Position numbers and translations under genes: made by a program. Under the pieces are notes generated by a model. The model had not been told where the DNA came from and did no database searches. It saw only the letters and a program-made list of their open reading frames with translations. From NCBI GenBank assembly GCA_038279365.1, contig JAYODI010000039.1:7920-28655 (forward strand): a stretch of DNA of 20,736 nucleotides, in the 5' to 3' direction. This stretch comes from Candidatus Latescibacterota bacterium (GTDB taxonomy: Bacteria; Latescibacterota; UBA2968). Shown here piece by piece: positions 19,301-20,736 of the stretch (position 1 is the first letter of the stretch; each line of letters starts with the position of its first letter).

Positions 19301-20626
19301 ACACCCGATCATGTATATCGCCATGCGCCAGCAGATGCGAAAGAAGTCAATGTGGCGCGTGACTTGGATATGGTGACGGGGGCGTGTTTGTTGATTCGGA
19401 AAGAGATATTTGAGCAAGTGAGTGGGTTTGACGAAGCCTATATCAATGGTGTAGAAGATGTGGATTTGTGTTTGCGGGTGCGCGATTTAGGTTACCGAGT
19501 GCGCTATACGCCCAAAGCAGTGGTGGATCATTATGAAGGGACATCAGATGGACGGTATGATCATGTGCGCCCTAACTTAGAACGATTTGTCAAGCGGTGG
19601 CAGGGGCGTTTTGGTGCAGATGGGCGTTTTGTTCCTAAAGAGATAGAAAAAAATAAAGCGACGACAATGCAGGTCTCTGCAGGGGTGTTGTCTAAAAAGC
19701 CTTCTCAAGATGGCAAGTTGGTGGGTGTGTGGGAAGGTACGCAATTTGTATATCACAGTTTGTCGATCGTGAATATGGCTCTGACCTCAGAATTGATTCA
19801 AGCTGGGTGTGAATTGAAATTGGTGCCTTATGAGCCTGCGACATTTGGCCCTGAAAAAGACCCCAAACGCCTTGAACCGATTGCCAAACGCTTGAATGTC
19901 TCTTTGAGTGAACCCGCACAGTTTCATGTGCGCCATCAATGGCCTCCAAATTTTACCCCGCCAGCAGAAGGCCATTGGGTGATGATTCAACCTTGGGAAT
20001 TTGGGCAGATTCCACAAGAATGGGTCAAGCCCATGCAAGAAAAAGTGGATGAAATTTGGGTCCCCAGCCAGTATGTGAAACAATGTTATGTGGACAGTGG
20101 TATTGATGCCGAGCGGGTGCAGGTGATTCCCAATGGGGTACGCACAGATTTGATGCACCCAGATGCCAAACCCTTCAAGTTAGAAACGGACAAAACATTC
20201 AAGTTTTTGTTTGTGGGGGGCACTATTTTCCGTAAAGGCATTGATGTGTTGCTCAAAGTCTATCACCAAACATTTTCTGCAAGTGACGATGTGTGTTTGG
20301 TCATTAAGGGAATGGGTGATGATACTTTTTACAAAGGTCAAACGGCTGGTGAGGTAATTAAGCAGATTCAAGACGATCCTGACGGCCCTGAGATATTGTA
20401 TTTAACTGAAGAATTGTCGGAAGAAGAGATGGCTGGGCTTTACACGGCGTGTGATTGTTTGGTGCATCCGTATCGTGGCGAAGGGTTTGGTATGCCAGTT
20501 GCTGAAGCTATGGCATGTGGTTTGCCCGTGATTGTGACAGAAGGTGGGGCATGTGATGATTTTTGCAGTGAAGAAAATGCCTATTTTGTTTCGGCAAAAC
20601 GTCGCAATATTCGAATGAGTGAGTAG
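13316..20626 (+). CDS. Giant multidomain glycosyltransferase/methyltransferase: GT4 - X - MTase - GT (CgeB/Glyco_trans_1_2-like) - MTase - MTase - X - MTase - GT2 - GT4 (last domain apparently truncated)
   Basis: GT4 motif DGYNLGMLEAMATGMPVV; MTase motif I in VVDLGSGAGYG, VLDYGGGIG, LNLGCG and VLDAGCGTGYG; CgeB-like DLNMRVFEALCSG..HTY.HR; GT2 motifs VSIVMP, VDNGSSD, FLNNDT and EDVDLCLR; GT4 motif EGFGMPVAEAMACGLPVI. Start ATG 13316 (or 13310) after GAGGTGG. Confidence 0.9.
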   Translation: MRRVLTFNWHDPYLHMFAQTGFDILVGDWMRRADGTTGWDLQKRPLPDNLTLLKKQSEAVKILKTGACDTVICHTLQDLAFVAPFDVPTVYLTHNALQNDGMNDRATMVKLQQEVGSFLKARKGVFAAISPMKRTSWGLEGFVVRPGINLNDYGGYVGDVARALSVGNLFVERDHMLGFRYLKDILENVPRLLVGENPKLPEAKKAENWETLKKYFRQCRVYVNTTVEEFEDGYNLGMLEAMATGMPVVCLANGSSPIVDGVNGYISEDTGYLQDRVLTLLSDQGLAKKLGDQARETVSKAFSVKTFVETWQEIVDASMSHFKNKTVVSLAEMPQGKAVGLATPKDALFPYEWEDVVRFLSVDNLDDITVAKLKLDRMGAGYLCDIFLGNKKTKQTMAWQGLEVFVQGAIQIIWPAYLARLDKGIRQVIEGAVRSSIEQVETGQMGDAQSIHVNLGGGDAFEFRVGEDRVTPGDARSDIYLHHAKRYTFARQFCVGKSVVDLGSGAGYGAKILKRDAARVVGLDLEIDAQRFGNRVFGDADIHRLVGDIRAVGLTGNQFDVAVCFEAMEHVREHDALLGEIRRLLKADGTLVISTPNKKIYDLPANANAYHVGMLELDEFEDLLTRYYEDVAVYGQMRATATQPFYEAFDFRDGVDDGDEVFVAVCKKPRAQVLLRKQKKAPAIHVRKGDDKTSKGERRLKVLISHVSNPISMGRYYVDAFSQAHDVMTCGPVIDAEELKQWRVAEEQHAFKSIEAAQVEKLDLIERLARPCDIPMARGQVDIGQVLDQLPKGWRPDLMMWVDSATGFLPMGLEKLDCPTVCLSVDTHTGQLDWRLKYAKMFSHTYLVHNQFIDAFKVAGCPFVGWLPSACAPDVHGKIAAHKSYDIGFVGQTHRQWHPHRVRLLERLIKAGFDVHIESKILQEMALFNSRSKIVFNRSLNGDLNMRVFEALCSGSMLLTDRLEDNALLNDLFQDRKHLVLYDDNNLEELVRYYLDHDPERESIATAGREAVLSGHTYAHRADQVIAEVIATSGIARCVLDTELKPTPMVSAPKGIASSQNMLTVPRGAGDAESAIAELVAYTGESLEVVKAKLPTAGEALTEEWRSAERKSETAVDAFYQETEHFIYDLTHFNYANMYMGWRGAVYNLCQQVSDAMPAFEVLDYGGGIGTSLLELSDLPGIHLTYADLPGKTYDYANWRFQQRGLNVRSIALGDDDPLAGRMFDVIVCMEVIEHLVEPEQVVKYLIDHLKPGGLLVLTVTFYAPEPDMMHLNLDRYTNEGFYQIVQNMGMTELTKFSPRIFKKGGQQSAVSNQQADHQQKTIGDPKAGEKFKQLLRQQKGSVRLNLGCGEDRRAGYINVDAYVPTADLQMDIFDLQMDDGVVDEIFSSHMLEHLGKYEVPKVLKEWHRVLKPGGVLCLNLPDLEWTMTQWLRTPEEHRWGWALDTVYGLQTHGGEYHKTGFTVARAEQLMEQAGFAQVKVSWTWSHGLRCLWVEAIRPKAGMLPGVIRSVDMAHFEHQFPVEISDLVPYSKADVTSFFEREWQMGFVSFEKLPMDGADLTLNVAVVSNERQMVLQGIRIFGLQQNPFVIYPAYLKDLAQDVQQQLGKAIGDALGAKLKDPNYKDGAFVIARFGQRGDLGLEQTGERVIPGLTDYSLYIPHMKRYLLAETFAKGARVLDAGCGTGYGSKRLAQVAAHVDAVDLDAETIAFAKRTYVDDRVIWSVGDVRSLDVDAGVYDLVTSFEVIEHLNDGDIANYLKGLHQALKVGGVALISTPNKKVAAKWQNPHHKHEMTLEEFHSRLKEVFGEVTLLGQTEWSNNTEVSGQCAISGRVSDADDMYIAVCKKREVHRAMGDGFHPKVSIVMPLFNKADYTKACLEGLEKTRADVPFEVVLVDNGSSDATGKLLEGVTDKAGYCVIRNGENLGFSRGNNVGAQRALGEYILFLNNDTVPHVGWLEAMVAELDDDSSVGIVGAKLLYPDTGKIQHAGLEMINGTPDHVYRHAPADAKEVNVARDLDMVTGACLLIRKEIFEQVSGFDEAYINGVEDVDLCLRVRDLGYRVRYTPKAVVDHYEGTSDGRYDHVRPNLERFVKRWQGRFGADGRFVPKEIEKNKATTMQVSAGVLSKKPSQDGKLVGVWEGTQFVYHSLSIVNMALTSELIQAGCELKLVPYEPATFGPEKDPKRLEPIAKRLNVSLSEPAQFHVRHQWPPNFTPPAEGHWVMIQPWEFGQIPQEWVKPMQEKVDEIWVPSQYVKQCYVDSGIDAERVQVIPNGVRTDLMHPDAKPFKLETDKTFKFLFVGGTIFRKGIDVLLKVYHQTFSASDDVCLVIKGMGDDTFYKGQTAGEVIKQIQDDPDGPEILYLTEELSEEEMAGLYTACDCLVHPYRGEGFGMPVAEAMACGLPVIVTEGGACDDFCSEENAYFVSAKRRNIRMSE
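17234..17264 (+). repeat. Degenerate heptamer tandem repeat within an interdomain linker
   Basis: CAGCAGT-CAGCGGT-CAGCAAT-CAGCAGG-CAG, translated as QQSAVSNQQA. Confidence 0.7.
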
Positions 20627-20676
20627 GTGAATGGGCGAATGGACGAATAGGCGAATGGGCGAATGGACGAACGTGT
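20613..20676 (+). repeat. Degenerate octamer tandem repeat with a 24-bp higher-order duplication, containing the stop codon of the giant ORF
   Basis: GAATGAGT GAGTAGGT GAATGGGC GAATGGAC GAATAGGC GAATGGGC GAATGGAC GAACGTGT; 20624-20647 and 20648-20671 differ at one base. Confidence 0.85.
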
Positions 20677-20736
20677 TTTGTTTCGTAGATTACTCGCTAC
20701 GCTCGTTGTAGCCTACGGCTGTGCGTAGATTCGCTT

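Noticed and set aside
20624..20650. Stop-codon readthrough (pyrrolysine or recoded TAG) extending the giant ORF
   Set aside because: A second in-frame TAG follows at 20648, the downstream translation is not GT-like, and other genes here (flgF, flgI, fliW) end normally at TAG.
20613..20736. CRISPR array, or group II intron 5' end (GTGCG at 20721)
   Set aside because: The repeats are contiguous 8-mers without unique spacers; GTGCG is too short to be informative and is not at the gene break.

Overview
Bacterial chromosomal window from a diderm, flagellated organism (L- and P-ring genes present). Left part: the 3' end of a BCCT transporter, a bidirectional terminator, and a minus-strand catabolic cluster (beta-propeller hypothetical protein, enolase-superfamily dehydratase, PhyH-family dioxygenase). 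Middle: a flagellar cluster flgF-flgG-flgA-flgH-flgI-flgJ-flgN-flgK-flgL-fliW-csrA behind a sigma54-type promoter. It lacks flgM and flagellin and has a near-consensus internal sigma70 promoter before flgL. Right: a ~7.3 kb single ORF encoding a ~2,440-aa fusion of four glycosyltransferase domains, four SAM-methyltransferase domains and two copies of an unassigned, possibly SpoVG-like domain. Its last GT4 domain appears cut short by an octamer-repeat tract. Main leads: (i) the glycan 'assembly-line' polypeptide next to the flagellar locus, (ii) its duplicated unknown-domain+methyltransferase module, (iii) a GGA-rich candidate CsrA-sponge sRNA convergent with csrA in a FliW-type system, and (iv) short-repeat elements invading the giant gene. 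All calls come from motif recognition by eye; no searches were run.
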